A stretch of DNA of 64,000 nucleotides, from NCBI GenBank assembly GCA_964016885.1, contig OZ024740.1, positions 291,090,001-291,154,000 of the forward strand, written 5' to 3'. This document shows positions 12,851-25,979 of the stretch, piece after piece. Positions within the stretch are counted from its first letter, which is position 1. The number at the start of each line of letters is the position of its first letter. The stretch is from Eledone cirrhosa. Its lineage: Eukaryota. The notes beneath the pieces are model-generated. The model was not told the origin of the DNA. It searched no databases and was given only the letters and a program-made list of their open reading frames with translations. Both the position numbers and the translations under genes were made by a program.

Positions 12851-13577
12851 ATATACCAATAGCACAAAAGTGTGTAAATTCATTGATGAATTTGAAAGCC
12901 TCATGAAAATTGCAAAATTCTGTCGACATGCTTCATGAGACTCCTGGAATGAAAGCCCGGTAACAAATTTTCATCTGATCTTGAAGCATGGCAAAAAACA
13001 ACAACAAAAAAACTTCCTTTGAATTTGAAATTTGTGAACAAGGAAAGAGGAAAGGAAAACCAAGTGTCACATTAGGTGACTTGCCTTACCTAAAAAAGAC
13101 AATAGATTTTGAAGAAAGCTCTTTTGTGTATGGAGCAGTTTACTTCTGCAGTTTATATACTGAAGGAAAAATCTTTCAACATGCTCATAGAGGAAGGTAA
13201 TCAAACATTGTATTCATCCACAGAAACAACTCAAAGCAGCTTTATCCAGGATTGATGCAACCACATATATATAATGTTAATTTGTCTACATACCAATATC
13301 AGATGATTCAAACATTGTTTGCCTCATAATATTGTGTTTCAAACTAGAAACAAAATTAACAAAATGAAGAAGTCTTATCATCCACAGTAAAAGACAACAT
13401 TCATGACATTTTCTGAAGGGTGCTTATAATATCTCATCTGGACATTTCATCAAAAAGACCTCGCCCTAGCTGTTCCATTTGTGGATAAATAGACACACAA
13501 CTCGGTCACTCAAACAAGAATGTTTTAGTTTCAATGCAAGAAGAAAGCAAAATTGCCTTTTTACACAGACATTGAGT

Positions 13578-13716
13578 ATAGTTACGTCCCTTTACGATCT
13601 GAGTTCAAATCCCGCCGAGGTTGACTTTGCCTTTCATCCTTACGGGGTCGATAAAATAAAGTACCAGTAATGCACTGGGTAATTGCTGGACTTGTGCCTA
13701 AAGTAGAAACAGTTAT
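13578..13716 (+). mobile_element. 5'-truncated SINE, near-identical to 18014-18204
   Basis: ATAGTTACGTCCCTTTA...GAGTTCAAATCCCGCCGAGGTTGACTTTGCCTTTCATCC...GTGCCTAAAGTAGAAAC. Confidence 0.85.
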
Positions 13717-14790
13717 CTTTGTATTAGTTTAACAGTCTGTCCTGATACATGCATTCAATTTCAAAATGTATAATCTTTTCTAAGTTCTCGTACATATGTA
13801 TTGGTTACTATGAAGCCTCTATATTATTTCTAAATGTCAACTATTGCCCAACGTCAAGTCTCTATCATATGGTTGCTCTTTTTCATGGAGTTGCCTCTCT
13901 AATTTCAAGGTTTTAGATATTTTGCACATGTACTGTTTTTTTCTTAGCCAGCAAAAAGTTTTCTTGATAACAGTGCCAAAAGCACCTGACTGCTCTGGGA
14001 TAATGAAATGTCTCTAAATATCTATGTTAAACATTTCAACTCATTTGAGCACCATTGTATTGGGTACCATCAAAGAAAAATGTGGCTTAACACAAAAGTA
14101 TGTGCTGTTTTCATGAGGAACTGATATGTTGTTATCTCCAACCAATTCCTTTTAACTGAATTTTTGCTCAAAAGTCCACCATAGCCAGAGGATTCCAGAA
14201 AGTATTTACTCTAGTGTGGAATGATTTAAAAGATTTTTTTAATTTGGGTTTTCCGAAGACTTTCTTAGAACAAAAATGGAATAATTTCATTACAATTAAC
14301 TATTACAATTCTAAAAGTTGCCTTATTTTTATTATACTTGTTTAGAAAACTAGTTAGCAGGGTAACGTTCAATAAATTATCTTTTAGAAAAGTGCCAGTT
14401 TAATCTTTAGTTTACTGGCTTTGATATTTTATGGCCCATTCAGTTTGGATGATTTTTCAAGATATTTTGTGGATTTTTGTTTACTAATATTTTGTGTAAA
14501 AGAACTGCAAATTCCTAACTTGAAATTATTGTAAAATTCTAGACTCAACCTTTTTAGCTGTGATGTTTTGCTTCTTCTTCCCTAAAGGTCTTATTCAACA
14601 GAAAATTTGCTTTAAACAATGAAAGGAAAAGCTTCAAAAAATATTTTCCCACTTTGGGCACACTGTACAGAGGACCATTTTTGATGTGTCAGTGGGGTTG
14701 TATGATGACGCCGATGTCTGTGATTTTGTTGGATTATTTATCCTCCAGTATATTTATCCTTGAGGATCTTCACAGTTTTGCATTTTTCAG

Positions 14791-14832
14791 ATTCAGAACA
14801 TATTTTGCTGAGAAACATAATATAACATATGG
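14791..14832 (+). CDS. Candidate 42-bp coding exon of an unidentified host gene
   Basis: TTTTTCAG acceptor, GG|GTAAAA donor, open frame FRTYFAEKHNITY; phase-compatible with exon 24938-25028. Confidence 0.4.
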
Positions 14833-15448
14833 GTAAAATCAACATGGGAATTTAATAACATAACAACCTCTCTCTCTTTCCTCCCCTCCACTATATCTCC
14901 TCTCTCTCTCTCCATTCCCCTCTCTCCACTTCTTTTTCTCCTCCCTTCCCTCTCTTTCTCTCTCTCTTTCACTCACTCACTCACCTTCACACGCACATAC
15001 ATATTTGGCATGTTTAAGTGATAAAAGCACTAGAATTTCAACTCAAATTACTCTGAAAGTAGGACTGAAATATTTTGTGTGTGACAAAATTGACTTTCTG
15101 TGTAAATCATTTATATCCTGTAATGATTTCGCAGAAAATATCTAGAAATTGGGTTTGTTAATCCAAATGTTACAATATTTTTACTAGTGGACATTGTTGT
15201 GAAAATTTGCAGTATTAGAGTAAAGATTTCAATTTTTAATGTGATGTTTTGTACATTTTAAGAATGTACGGTTTGATGTGGTATAGAATTTTAAGAGTTA
15301 ATGTCTTGTGCTCAAGCACCTTAGCCATTTCTCTCTCACATTAAAACAATTTATTCTGCTCAGCAAACTTTTTGTAAACTATCACTACTGTCCTTGAGTT
15401 CTATTGTTTTATCTATATATATAAAGTTTATATATAGTTTGCTATTAA

Positions 15449-16005
15449 GGTCAGATCAGGTTTCTGCCTGATCTGGTATCTTGTAACCCAGTACAACCTG
15501 CTTAATGGTCAAGTGGTTGGCCACTAAACCAGCTCCCCCACCAGACCCCGGTCTGGTGAAGAGGGTAAGTGGAATTCCAGTAGCACAAAAAACAAGAGCT
15601 GTTAAAAGGGTGGGGGAACTCTTTGGAATCAACAGCCATCCACCCCAACTATGGGCTAAATAGCCTCACTAACCTGCAATTGACTAAGCAGTATGGCTAT
15701 CCCCTGACATCATAAAAAAAACCCAGAAAGCTATGGAGGTCAATCAGGGAGGGGTTCCTCCAACAAGAGTGAGAAGGCCCTGGATTGGATATGTATATGT
15801 GTGTGTGTGTCTGTGTGTGCACGCACACGTGTCTGCATGCACACATGCATGCACATATGCATGTGTGTCTACACCCCTGACATGATCAAAACCAAATGTA
15901 CATATGTATACTTACACCCCTGACATGACCAAAATCAAACAGAAAGTGGTGAAGGACAACTTAGGAAGGGCTCCACCAACAGGAGAAGGTCCCCGATTGG
16001 ATTGA
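15449..16005 (+). mobile_element. Non-autonomous derivative of a putative R4/Dong-like retrotransposon (5' UTR plus repeated 3' tails)
   Basis: 5' part homologous to the reverse complement of 53060-53250; CCCCTGACAT tail start occurs three times, twice running to GATTGGAT; clade assignment is from recollection. Confidence 0.55.
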
Positions 16006-16094
16006 GTATTTTGTTTACATTTCCATTGTTTCTCGTTGAAGAATAGATATTAAAAAAATTAAAAGATTCTGAATGTTATGTTGATATAAAAATA

Positions 16095-16580
16095 TAAAGA
16101 TGTGGATTATTTATACAAATAAACAGATGTGGATTATATATTATAAATATAAAGATGTAGATTATATATAAAAATATACAGATGTGGATTATATATTAAA
16201 AATATAAAGATGTAGATTATATATAAAAATATACAGATGTGGATTATATATTAAAAATATAAAGATGTAGATTATATATAAAAATATACAGATGTGGATT
16301 ATATATTAAAAATATAAAGATGTAGATTATATATAAAAATATACAGATGTGGATTATATATTAAAAATATAAAGATGTAGATTATATATAAAAATATACA
16401 GATGTGGATTATATATTAAAAATATAAAGATGTAGATTATATATAAAAATATACAGATGTGGATTATATATTAAAAATATAAAGATGTAGATTATATATA
16501 AAAATATACAGATGTGGATTATATATTAAAAATATAAAGATGTAGATTATATATAAAAATATACAGATGTGGATTATTTA
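16095..16580. repeat. 55-bp dimeric minisatellite (27+28 bp subunits)
   Basis: AAAGATGTAGATTATATATAAAAATATACAGATGTGGATTATATATTAAAAATAT repeated ~8 times. Confidence 0.95.
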
Positions 16581-16894
16581 TTCAATAATCTACATTGTCA
16601 GTATATGCACTGTTATGTAAATTGGACTGATCAGTTTAGTTGAGTCATAGATGTATATGGACAGAACATGAATATTCTCTCTCTGATGAAGCTCTAAGAG
16701 GACTAGAAAATGATCAGTTTTACTTTTTCTGTCCACAGAGATATATATATAAAACCTGTCATGTAATCACTTTGCTTACTTTTTATAGCAAGGCTAAAAA
16801 TATATGTTTATTAAAACATAGAATATTACATTATATTTCAAATTATCAAAAAATGCTATGTAATGCAATATGAATTATTAATAAAAATGTAAAG

Positions 16895-17128
16895 GGTAAG
16901 GATAAAGAGCCCCTTTGGTCACGAATGACCATGGGATTTACACCTAAAAAGTTCTCTCTTTGAGGCACTAGTCTTGCCAAGGTTGTTTGTTGGAAGACCA
17001 ACAGTCTCTCCTCTCTACGTCACTGATATTTTCTAAGGGAAAGTCAATGGCTGATACAGCTTGGCCCCAACGACATGACAACATACATATATATATATAT
17101 ACATATATATATACATATATATATATAT

Positions 17129-17192
<64 letters not shown>

Positions 17193-17425
17193 TTATATAC
17201 ATTATATATACACCATATTTACACTATATATGATGTTGTCCAAGGAAAAGACAATGGCCAATACAGCTTGGTTCCTGTGACGTCGCAACTCATTTCTACA
17301 GCTGAGTAAGCGTGAAATAAAGTGTCTTGCTCAAGGACACCACACACTGCTCAGTCTGGGAATCAAACTCAGAACCTCACAATTGTAAGCCAAAAGCTCT
17401 AGCCACTGAGCTATTTGCTTTCACT
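16895..17425 (-). mobile_element. tRNA-derived SINE interrupted by (TA)n with partial duplication
   Basis: AAGTGTCTTGCTCAAGGACAC core and head remnant; (TA)n at 17085-17190. Confidence 0.7.
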
Positions 17426-18013
17426 AATGCAAATATAATCATTGAATAAAACACCTAAATAAATCCTGACAGTCACTGACGTAACAGCTGAAAGTTTTCT
17501 TACCAATCTTATCTGGTGTAATTTAATTTGTTTATCAAATATGATCAAATCTTCCTCCCCCAAACAGTTGTTAGCTAATGTCTTTATGATATGTTTTCAT
17601 ATAATTCACTTGTGTTATTTTAGTGCCTTGTATATTTTACTTGCTTACCTCAATTTTAATCTAAAATATCTTCAGAGGAAGTTTATTTTCACACAACTTG
17701 CACAATTCTGTTTGCCATTTCTTTTATGCTCTGGTAATTTTACATATGGTTTTTAAAATATCTGAAAATAAAATGTTTGCTTGGGTAATTTTTTTATTTA
17801 CATCGATATAAACATTTGCAGGGATTTCCCTCACACTTGCATACACATGCACACATACAGGAACAAACACACACACACACACACCCAAACACACATATAT
17901 ACATACACACACAAACACACAGAGACACGGGCACTGACACACACGCAACACACCATCCTTAAATTCTGATAATAAAGTCTGGTCTGATGAAAGTACATTA
18001 TTTATTGGATCTA

Positions 18014-18204
18014 AGGGCGGTGGATTGGCAGTATCGGTAGAGGGTCGGACGCCATGCTTTCAAGCATAGTTACGTCCCTTTATGATCTGAGTTCAAATCC
18101 CGCCGAGGTTGACTTTGCCTTTCATCCTTACGGGGTCGATAAAATAAAGTACCAGTAATGCACTGGATAATTGCTGGCCTTGTGCCTAAAGTAGAAACAA
18201 TTAT
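18014..18204 (+). mobile_element. Young SINE with TSD
   Basis: B-box-like GAGTTCAAATCC; direct repeat TTTATTGGATCTA at 18001-18013 and 18205-18217. Confidence 0.85.
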
Positions 18205-18319
18205 TTTATTGGATCTATTTCCTTGTCTTGTAACTGGAACAGGCATGTTTGATCTTTCATAACAAACAACATATATTTTACTGACTCATCTCTCTCATGT
18301 TTACTGAAATACCAAGAAA

Positions 18320-18740
18320 ATCATCGTCGTCGTCATCATCATCATTGTCATCGTTTTTACGTCCATTTTTACATTCTTGCATGGGTTGGACAGGTCCTTT
18401 TCAGTACAGCATATCTCCACTCACCACATTTCTTTGTCATCTCCTCTGTGAATTTCAGCAATTTGAGGTCAGCTATCACAACCCCTGGCCATGTCTTTCT
18501 CGGTCTATCTCTATTGTGACTTCCTTCCACTGGGATTTCCTGGTACTTCTTCACCCAATGATCATTGTCCATGTGCATCACATGTCCAGATCAACACAAT
18601 CTTTTCTCTTACACACCACCCTAGACTCCTATTAAACCCAGCTTCTCCCTCAGTTTGTCCAAGCTCTGCCTTTCTCTCACATTTACATTGCACATCTAAC
18701 GAAGCATGGCTGCTTCATTTCTCTCCAGTCTACATATGTT
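18320..18740 (-). mobile_element. RTE LINE 3' fragment
   Basis: HMDNDHWVKK..PVEG..RPRKTW, homologous to 46687-46911; (CAT)n tail. Confidence 0.85.
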
Positions 18741-18916
18741 GTGTTTATTCTACACATTAGTATGGTAGAATAAACACAGCATTTTCACATACCAGTTATA
18801 ACATAACAACCAGGGTAAACAAGAGGAGGAGGAGGAGTGGAGTAAGACAGCAGGGGGAATAAATATTACAAATTATGTCAGATTAGCTTACCCAAGAGTA
18901 AGATTCCTGTTCTTAA

Positions 18917-19120
18917 CCCTTTTGTAACTGTATTTCTAATGGAATACTCTATTTCAATTAATCAATGAAGAATTATTAATTATTTCCATACTAAGATAGT
19001 AACTTACCATTCTTATATAAATTATATTGAAAGATTTTCATTTCAATAGGAACACTTTAAAATGGATGGTTTTGTTTCATAGAACCAGAGGCAGTTTTGG
19101 GCAAGTTGGTATCAAAAGGG
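18917..19120. mobile_element. piggyBac-like MITE
   Basis: TTAA|CCCTTTTG ... CAAAAGGG|TTAA. Confidence 0.7.
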
Positions 19121-20599
19121 TTAATGTCTATATTGTTTTACTGTAGAGTTTTCAAAATCAGAATAATATAACTGATTCCTTGCTAGTCCATTTCTAAACT
19201 ATCAAGATAGCCATAGTATCTGTTCAAGACAACCAGGGAGTCTCTATGTGATTGTTCAAATTACTAGAAATTGTAGCCATCTTTCCCTCAAATTGCACTA
19301 CCATTTTAGAAAGATACATTCTATAATGTAGTCCTGGGTAGACTGTTAGGAAAGTGATAGGAGGGTCATGACTATAATGTTGTTGATCATGGGTTTGCTC
19401 AATAATGGCTGACATAATGTTAAACAGCAACCGTATCATAGTATCTATTTACTCTTGTTAGTCTTTGTTTATTTTTTGACATTTTGAATGCCTCTGGTGC
19501 ATCTTATAGTGGCACCAGCATTAATGTTTTATAACATACTAGCAGTAAAGCCCGGCATTGCTCGGGGCTGCTCAGTAGCTGTGTTAAAGTTACAATGTTA
19601 AGTTCCTTTCTTGGCTTAAAAACTGTAGAGTCTACAGTGAAGATTTTCGTGTGGTACTTTTGATTAATATTCCCTCAACCAACAGTATGCCTTATGGAGT
19701 TAAGAAAACATAACCATAACCCGAATGTTAAAACAAAAGAGGATGCTGGGGATAAAAAAAACACTGGTAATCTATTAACAAATCAAAAATGTAAACACTG
19801 CAACACTTGTCTCAGCGGAACCAAACTATCAGTTATTTTGAAACAAAGAAATTGGATGAACATGGAAAAAAAAAAAAATGCATTATCTGTCGTTTAAAAT
19901 CATTTGAATACACTACTACCCTAAAAAATCTATGAAACTACATACATGTTGCAACTCTCTCTCTATATATATATATATCACACACATATACATATACATC
20001 TAAAGAGAGAAAGTGAGATGTAGAGAGTGAGATAGGTCGTTATACAGAGAGAGGTACAAGATAATCAGATAGAGAGACAGAGAGAGAGAATGGTGACGAA
20101 CGCTGGTTCACACACACATATATATAAAGACAGAGAGAGAGATATCTGCGCGTTCTTTATTGTTCCCCATTCTGTAGAGGAAGAGAGAGGGGGTATCAGT
20201 GAGAGAGAGAAAGGGTATGAGAAAAAAGGGAGAGGAGTTGAGAAAGAAAGAAAGTTTAAGCAAAGAATCGCTGCTTTCAACATTAACGGGATCTTCTGAA
20301 ACTAACAAATTCAATCTGTGAACGCAGAATTAAATATTTCGAGAAACGTTGCAACCGAAGGAAAACAAGAAGGCGATATTTTGGTTCGTGAAGACTTTCC
20401 CTGGTAATGAACGGAAAAAAAGCGAGGATAATACGTCGTTATGTGGACCGAGAAGAACAATTTCATGCAGACAAGACCAGGTTTATGGTATAAATGGAGT
20501 CGTTAGACTAATATTCTATTTAAAATAATCGAATGATTTCCAGCCCCGGAGTTTAAGAATGATGTAAATAAAATTGTAAACGAAAATGACACGTTATTA

Positions 20600-20710
20600 A
20601 AATAGTTGTTTCTACTTTTGGCACAAGGCCAGCAATTAACCAGTACATTACTGGTACTTTATTTTATCGTAAGGATGAAAGGCAAAGTTAACCTCGACGG
20701 GATTTTAACT
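20600..20710 (-). mobile_element. SINE fragment, same family as 18014-18204
   Basis: Reverse complement of the SINE core and tail. Confidence 0.8.
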
Positions 20711-20759
20711 TTGCCTTAAAATAGTCAAAGTAAATAGTGAAGATTTAGGCCAGTACATA

Positions 20760-21238
20760 CGTATGCGCTGACGGACATACACATACATATACATACGCAC
20801 ACACACAAACACGCGCCTGCGTGTGTAAACCTTATGCGTTTCTACAGTATTTTCACCAAACTTAAGACATAGGTTACTTATGTGCTCCGGATGGTCATGG
20901 GCACTTTCATTTTTCCAGATATTGATTATAGGGCCTCCCGGCAGATAACCCCCTTTAACCACTTCCTTGGAGTCGACTGAAGCACTGCAGTGCAATGCAA
21001 CAAAACGTCATAACTTCTGGAGTTCGCAACCGATTTTCACAAAACTTGACACATGGGCTACGTTTGTTCTACAGATGAATGTGAACTCTCAGAATTGGCA
21101 CATATTGAGTAGGGGACCCCTGGGGGCAGGAATCCCCTTTTGTAAAAGCATAGTTTTCGAAGCAGCACTGAAGTATTGACATAAATGGTATACATAACTG
21201 CTATTTAATACCCGAGCAACGCCGGGTACCTCTGCTAG
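20760..21238 (+). mobile_element. Nested non-autonomous Helitron fragment
   Basis: Hairpin TACCCGAGCAACGCCGGGTA then CTAG|T at 21235-21239; 5' boundary uncertain. Confidence 0.7.
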
Positions 21239-21779
21239 TAAATAGATAAGCAAATGACGTCATAAAAGGGAAATAACTCGTCTCTCATTTCTATACATTT
21301 GAACTGAAAAATCAATACATTACAAATTCGATTTTTGCACTTGGCATGGGTCGATTTGAAATTTTTTTTGACCGATGTCTCTGCCGGACCTTCATCTATA
21401 AGTGTAGCAATTTTACCTAAATTTGAACGTACGGTTTAGGAGGAGATGTGTGCCGACCGTTTTTAGTAGACAGACAGACAACCTCAGTTTTATATATTAG
21501 ATACTGGGTGCATTTTATTGTGGTACCATTAACACTTTACAGTGTGTACTGGATGCAATTTATTATGTCACCAACACTAGAGAGGTTGTCAAGTTAATGA
21601 AAGGACCAAAGGTTTCTGTCTACTCTACATTGTTTTGATACCAATACTAAAGATGTTGTCTTACCCCTGCAAGCTAAAAGACCTCTTCATTCCATGTAGT
21701 TTCTGATCTCTCACCATATATATTTTAAATGTCACTGTACTTGTATTGGTACGTGGGTCTTTTGTAGTATGACAAATCA

Positions 21780-22010
21780 CCAGCCAACTTGATTCTGTGT
21801 TATCTCCTTTGTGAGGTTTCTTGATTTCAGTCTTCACAACTTCATCCCATGTCTTCCTAGGTCCCCCTTTTCCATAGGTTTCATCTACTTCAAGTTTTTG
21901 GCACTTTATTTTTATACAACCCTCACTCTCCTAACATACCACATGTCCATACCAGTTCAATCATTTCTCTTGCAATACATTTGATTCCTCTTATACTCAG
22001 TTATCTTCTT
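21780..22010 (-). mobile_element. Old RTE LINE 3' remnant
   Basis: Similarity to the RPRKTW region of the RTE copies. Confidence 0.55.
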
Positions 22011-23904
22011 GTAAGCCTTCAGAGTATTTGAGGGAGTTTATTTCTTGAATACCTTTATTGTTGACTACTCCTATGCCCTAGTCACATATGAAGTCTACCT
22101 TTCCTGTCAACCTACTTGCAATCCCACTACATCCCTTGTGATTACTATATAGTCCCTACCTACTCCTTTTCTGCATACTGACCATTCCTTTTCCCAGATG
22201 GGAGTAGAGTCCAGTCCTCTTTCCTGTTTTCTAAAAATTTAGCAAAGACTTTTGATTCCAGATTTTGTTTCCGTGTTTTGAACTTGTTTAATGCTTTTGT
22301 GGTTTTTTTTTTACTATGAGTTTTAAGTCAGCACTCAGGAGTTCCTATGGACAACCAATCTTGAATTCCTATGTTAAGGCCAGGAGAACTACAGACACAT
22401 GACATAGTTATATATCTGATAGGCTTCTGTATCATTGTTATCTATTAAATTTATTCACAAAGATTTTATCAATCCAATGCTATGATAGAAGACATTTAGC
22501 CAAAGTGGCATAGAGTTGGGTTGAACCCAGAACCACATAATTGTGAAACAAACCTTTTAACCATATAGCTATGACTGTGCCTACACAATATTTGGTTAAA
22601 CATTTCAAATGATCATGCTATCTATTAGCATGTCTGTATGTCCATTATTTTCAATAGTTTACTCCATGGCTTATCTTCTTTGTCTGTATTTCTGAACATT
22701 GTGCTCTTTTCATTACAGATTCTATACAACTGATATTTTGTATCAGCTCTCTATTGTTAATTATTTCAGGAAGTCTGCAGTAATGTTGAACAAACAATAA
22801 TGTCAATTTGGTAGTTTATTTGATTGTGTCATTAGTGTTGCATATGTTTTCTAGTACTTTGTGTTCTAAATTAAAATCCTGTTGAGGTCCACTTTGCCTT
22901 TCAAAGTTGATAAAGAAGAAACCAGGCAGCACATTAGTAGAGTCATTAGAACATCAAATAGCATGCTTTGCAATATTTCTTTTGGTTCTCTACACTTTGA
23001 GTTGAAATCCCCCTGAAGTCAACTTTGCCTTTCATCCATTTGAGGTCGTTAAAAAAGTACCAGTCAAGTACTGGGGTCGATTTGTCCTCTATGCCTCTTT
23101 CTCACTTCCTTTTTCTCATTCTCTTTCCCTCTCTGGAAGAAATCTGCTGTATTCAGGCTTGGGGAGGATTGGGCTCCACCAGATTTTAAAATGCCCTAGA
23201 AACACCATATGTCAATATGGTGCCCTACAACTCCCACAGGAGTTACGGGACCATGCATGCAAAGAAGATACCAGCTTATTAGTGGGGCAGCTCTCTCTCT
23301 CTCTTTCCAGCTTCCACATCCTGGATATTGCACTGTCTGCTTACGACTGCATCAGCACCTAAAATCCTTAGTTAAAACATGGTACATCATATTCAGAGAC
23401 ACATACATACACAGAGACACACATATACACCAATTTCTGTTTCATTGTGATTGATGGGTGTAGTTTTGTTTATAGTTAATTTCAACAAGAATATATATCT
23501 ACTTTTTACATTGAAATGAATATTCAAAAATATAATACAATTTTTTTTTAATAGTAAATGTACTGAAATCAATGAACAAGCTCCTAAAATGTAACTTGTC
23601 ATACATATATAACTTAAACATCAGTCCTCTTTTGTTTCTTTAAATCATCTTATAATGTACATAGTCTTGGTTGTTCTTTTCTCATGTGTGAAGACAAAGA
23701 GAGACTAGGAAATGAGAAATAAAAGAATGAGGGATGTATTTCTTTTCTCCCCTTTTTTTCTTACTTCAATATCACCCCCCACCCCCACCCCCACATATCT
23801 CTTTCAAATCTCTTATCTTCTATGTTGCATACAAATAAATTTATTTACAACTGTTTTTATTTACTATCTCCCTTCCTCTCTCTTACTTTAAAACAACTAT
23901 TATA

Positions 23905-24090
23905 GTGAAGACTTCTGGTTTCCTTGGCCCTCGGACCACCTCCCTAATCACCACCATCGGCACAGAGTTGGCCACTAGTAGGTGTGAGCGTTTGTGAGCT
24001 GGAATTGCTCTTCTAGTGCATCTCCCTCACCATCCTCCAGGGAAACGCCATCTCTATTCTGTCCATCTGGGCTGCACGGTGGCCAGCGTG
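23905..24090 (+). mobile_element. CRE-clade LINE 3' end remnant
   Basis: Translation TSGFLGPRT...ELELLF*CISLTILQGNAISILS resembles the QRISxxxxRGNA C-terminus of CRE-like elements. Confidence 0.6.
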
Positions 24091-24937
24091 TTCCCCCCCA
24101 TTTTCTCATAATAGTGAAAAATGGGGAGAGCGGGTGAGATGGAGGCAGTGACAGTGGAAGTTTGGTTCCATTGTGTTCAGACCTGGTGTATATGTATATA
24201 TTTATTTACCATACTACTATAAGCTAAGCATTGACAACAATAACAAAAACAACATCACTGTAGACAGGTCAGTGGGCAGCTCAGGCAGCAGCTCAACAAG
24301 AACAGCAACAACGTCTATTAAATCTGTTTATCATTTGTTGTTGTTGTTGTAGCACTATGTAAACCATAATGTATAGCATGACTAATACTGCTGTAATTGA
24401 TTTAACCCTTTAGCATTTAAACCAGCCGTTCACACCTCTTTCTGTTCAAACCGGCCACTCCTACTGATGTTAAGGTATTGTTCTCAAAATATATAATATC
24501 CAAATCTCATAGATTCAATATGTGAGGTAAAGCCTTTACCATGAAAATACAATAGTATATATAAAGTAAATACTAAAGGGAGAAATGTAAAATGAAGTGT
24601 GGGGATAGCCAGAGTGGCAAGAAGTAGAACTGAAAATCATAAAAGTTAAGGAAAACTTGGGGATTCAAGTGTCTTCACATAGAATGTTGTAATCAATTAA
24701 ATATTAAATAAAATATTTTTACTATACATGCTGTCATGTTTAATATAAACTAACAGTTCTGTATGAGCAAGAAACGGTCATCTGAACTGGTTCGTCTCAC
24801 AACGGGACAACTTGTCTAACCCATGCTAGCATGGAAAAATGAATGTTAAGTGGTGATGATGATGATGATAACGAAGCTAATACTCTATCCTTTTAACATC
24901 AGAAATATTAAGTTGATTTTTTTCTCTTTTTCAATAG

Positions 24938-25028
24938 GGCCAGCTCTGCAGCTACAGTTTATACCAGTTTAACAATGTTTGACTGGTTTAAAATATTTCA
25001 GAGACACAATACTCATGAAAAACAACAG
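24938..25028 (+). CDS. Candidate 91-bp coding exon of an unidentified host gene
   Basis: Strong polypyrimidine tract plus AG; CAG|GTAAGT donor; only one open frame, ASSAATVYTSLTMFDWFKIFQRHNTHEKQQ; apparently unique sequence. Confidence 0.65.
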
Positions 25029-25063
25029 GTAAGTTAATGTTACCATTTTTAACGTATACACAA

Positions 25064-25370
25064 TTAAAAACTAATGTATAGGATATAAAAAACTAATGTA
25101 TATGTTATAAAAAAACTAATGTATATGGTATAAAATACTAATGTACATTGCTATAAAAAAAACTAATGTATATGTTATAAAAAAACTAATGTATATGGTA
25201 TAAAATACTAATGTACATTGCTATAAAAAAACTAATGTATATGTTATAAAAAAACTAATGTATATGGTATAAAATACTAATGTACATTGCTATAAAAAAC
25301 TAATGTACATTGCTATAAAAAACTAATGTATATTCCTATAAAAAACTAATGTGTATGTTATTAAAAAACT
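25064..25370. repeat. ~23-bp AT-rich minisatellite
   Basis: AAAAAACTAATGTATATGTTATA variants. Confidence 0.9.
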
Positions 25371-25439
25371 TTTTTCTCAGTTCATGTGTGTTCCAATGTT
25401 CAAACACAATAACATTTCATATCCAGTATAGAATGTATG

Positions 25440-25660
25440 CGTGATTCCTTTCCAGTCATCACAAATCTTTGGCACTGATGGCCCATCTCTCACTGGCATG
25501 TAGTAAAACAGTTTGAATACAAGTATCATATAATCTGCCCTTCACTCTGAGAGGGGAGCTCTTTGTTGCCAACAGAGGAAACAACGTCTTCCACTTTGTT
25601 CTAACTCTGGTTACAACATTTTGGTACATCCAACTCCATTGCCAATGAAGTCACCTCATT
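25440..25660 (-). mobile_element. Degraded RTE LINE fragment
   Basis: Similar to 47050-47220 (GRLY...HGSETW region). Confidence 0.55.
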
Positions 25661-25979
25661 AGTAAAAATAAAAAGATGATGAAAATATGAATATTAAATA
25701 AAGGATTAATATTATTTTCACTTATCCTGAAAATATTGGAGAAAACTCTTGATGTGTCTCATTCTTATTTTCATGCCATCAGCTCAGCGAAGTATAGTCT
25801 TCACAATACTAGTCACAGCAATGTGTAAATGAATCTGGTTAGGATTTTGTTACCACAGGAAAATAGAATTATTTAGATATTAAATAAAAGATGACATCCA
25901 CATACATGTAAAACAGTGGGTAGTGAGATGGAAAACTATAGAGGGTTGACATTGAGACCTACCAAACTCAGTTTGAAAA

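Larger units (their letters stand above)
19539..21501 (-). mobile_element. Non-autonomous Helitron
   Basis: 3' CTAG at 19539 with hairpin CCCGGCATTGCTCGGG; 5' A|TCTAATATATAAAAC at 21501; no TSD; interrupts a SINE repeat at an A|T site. Confidence 0.85.

Noticed and set aside
22720-22800. Additional plus-strand exon
   Set aside because: Acceptor plausible but donor weak; no independent support
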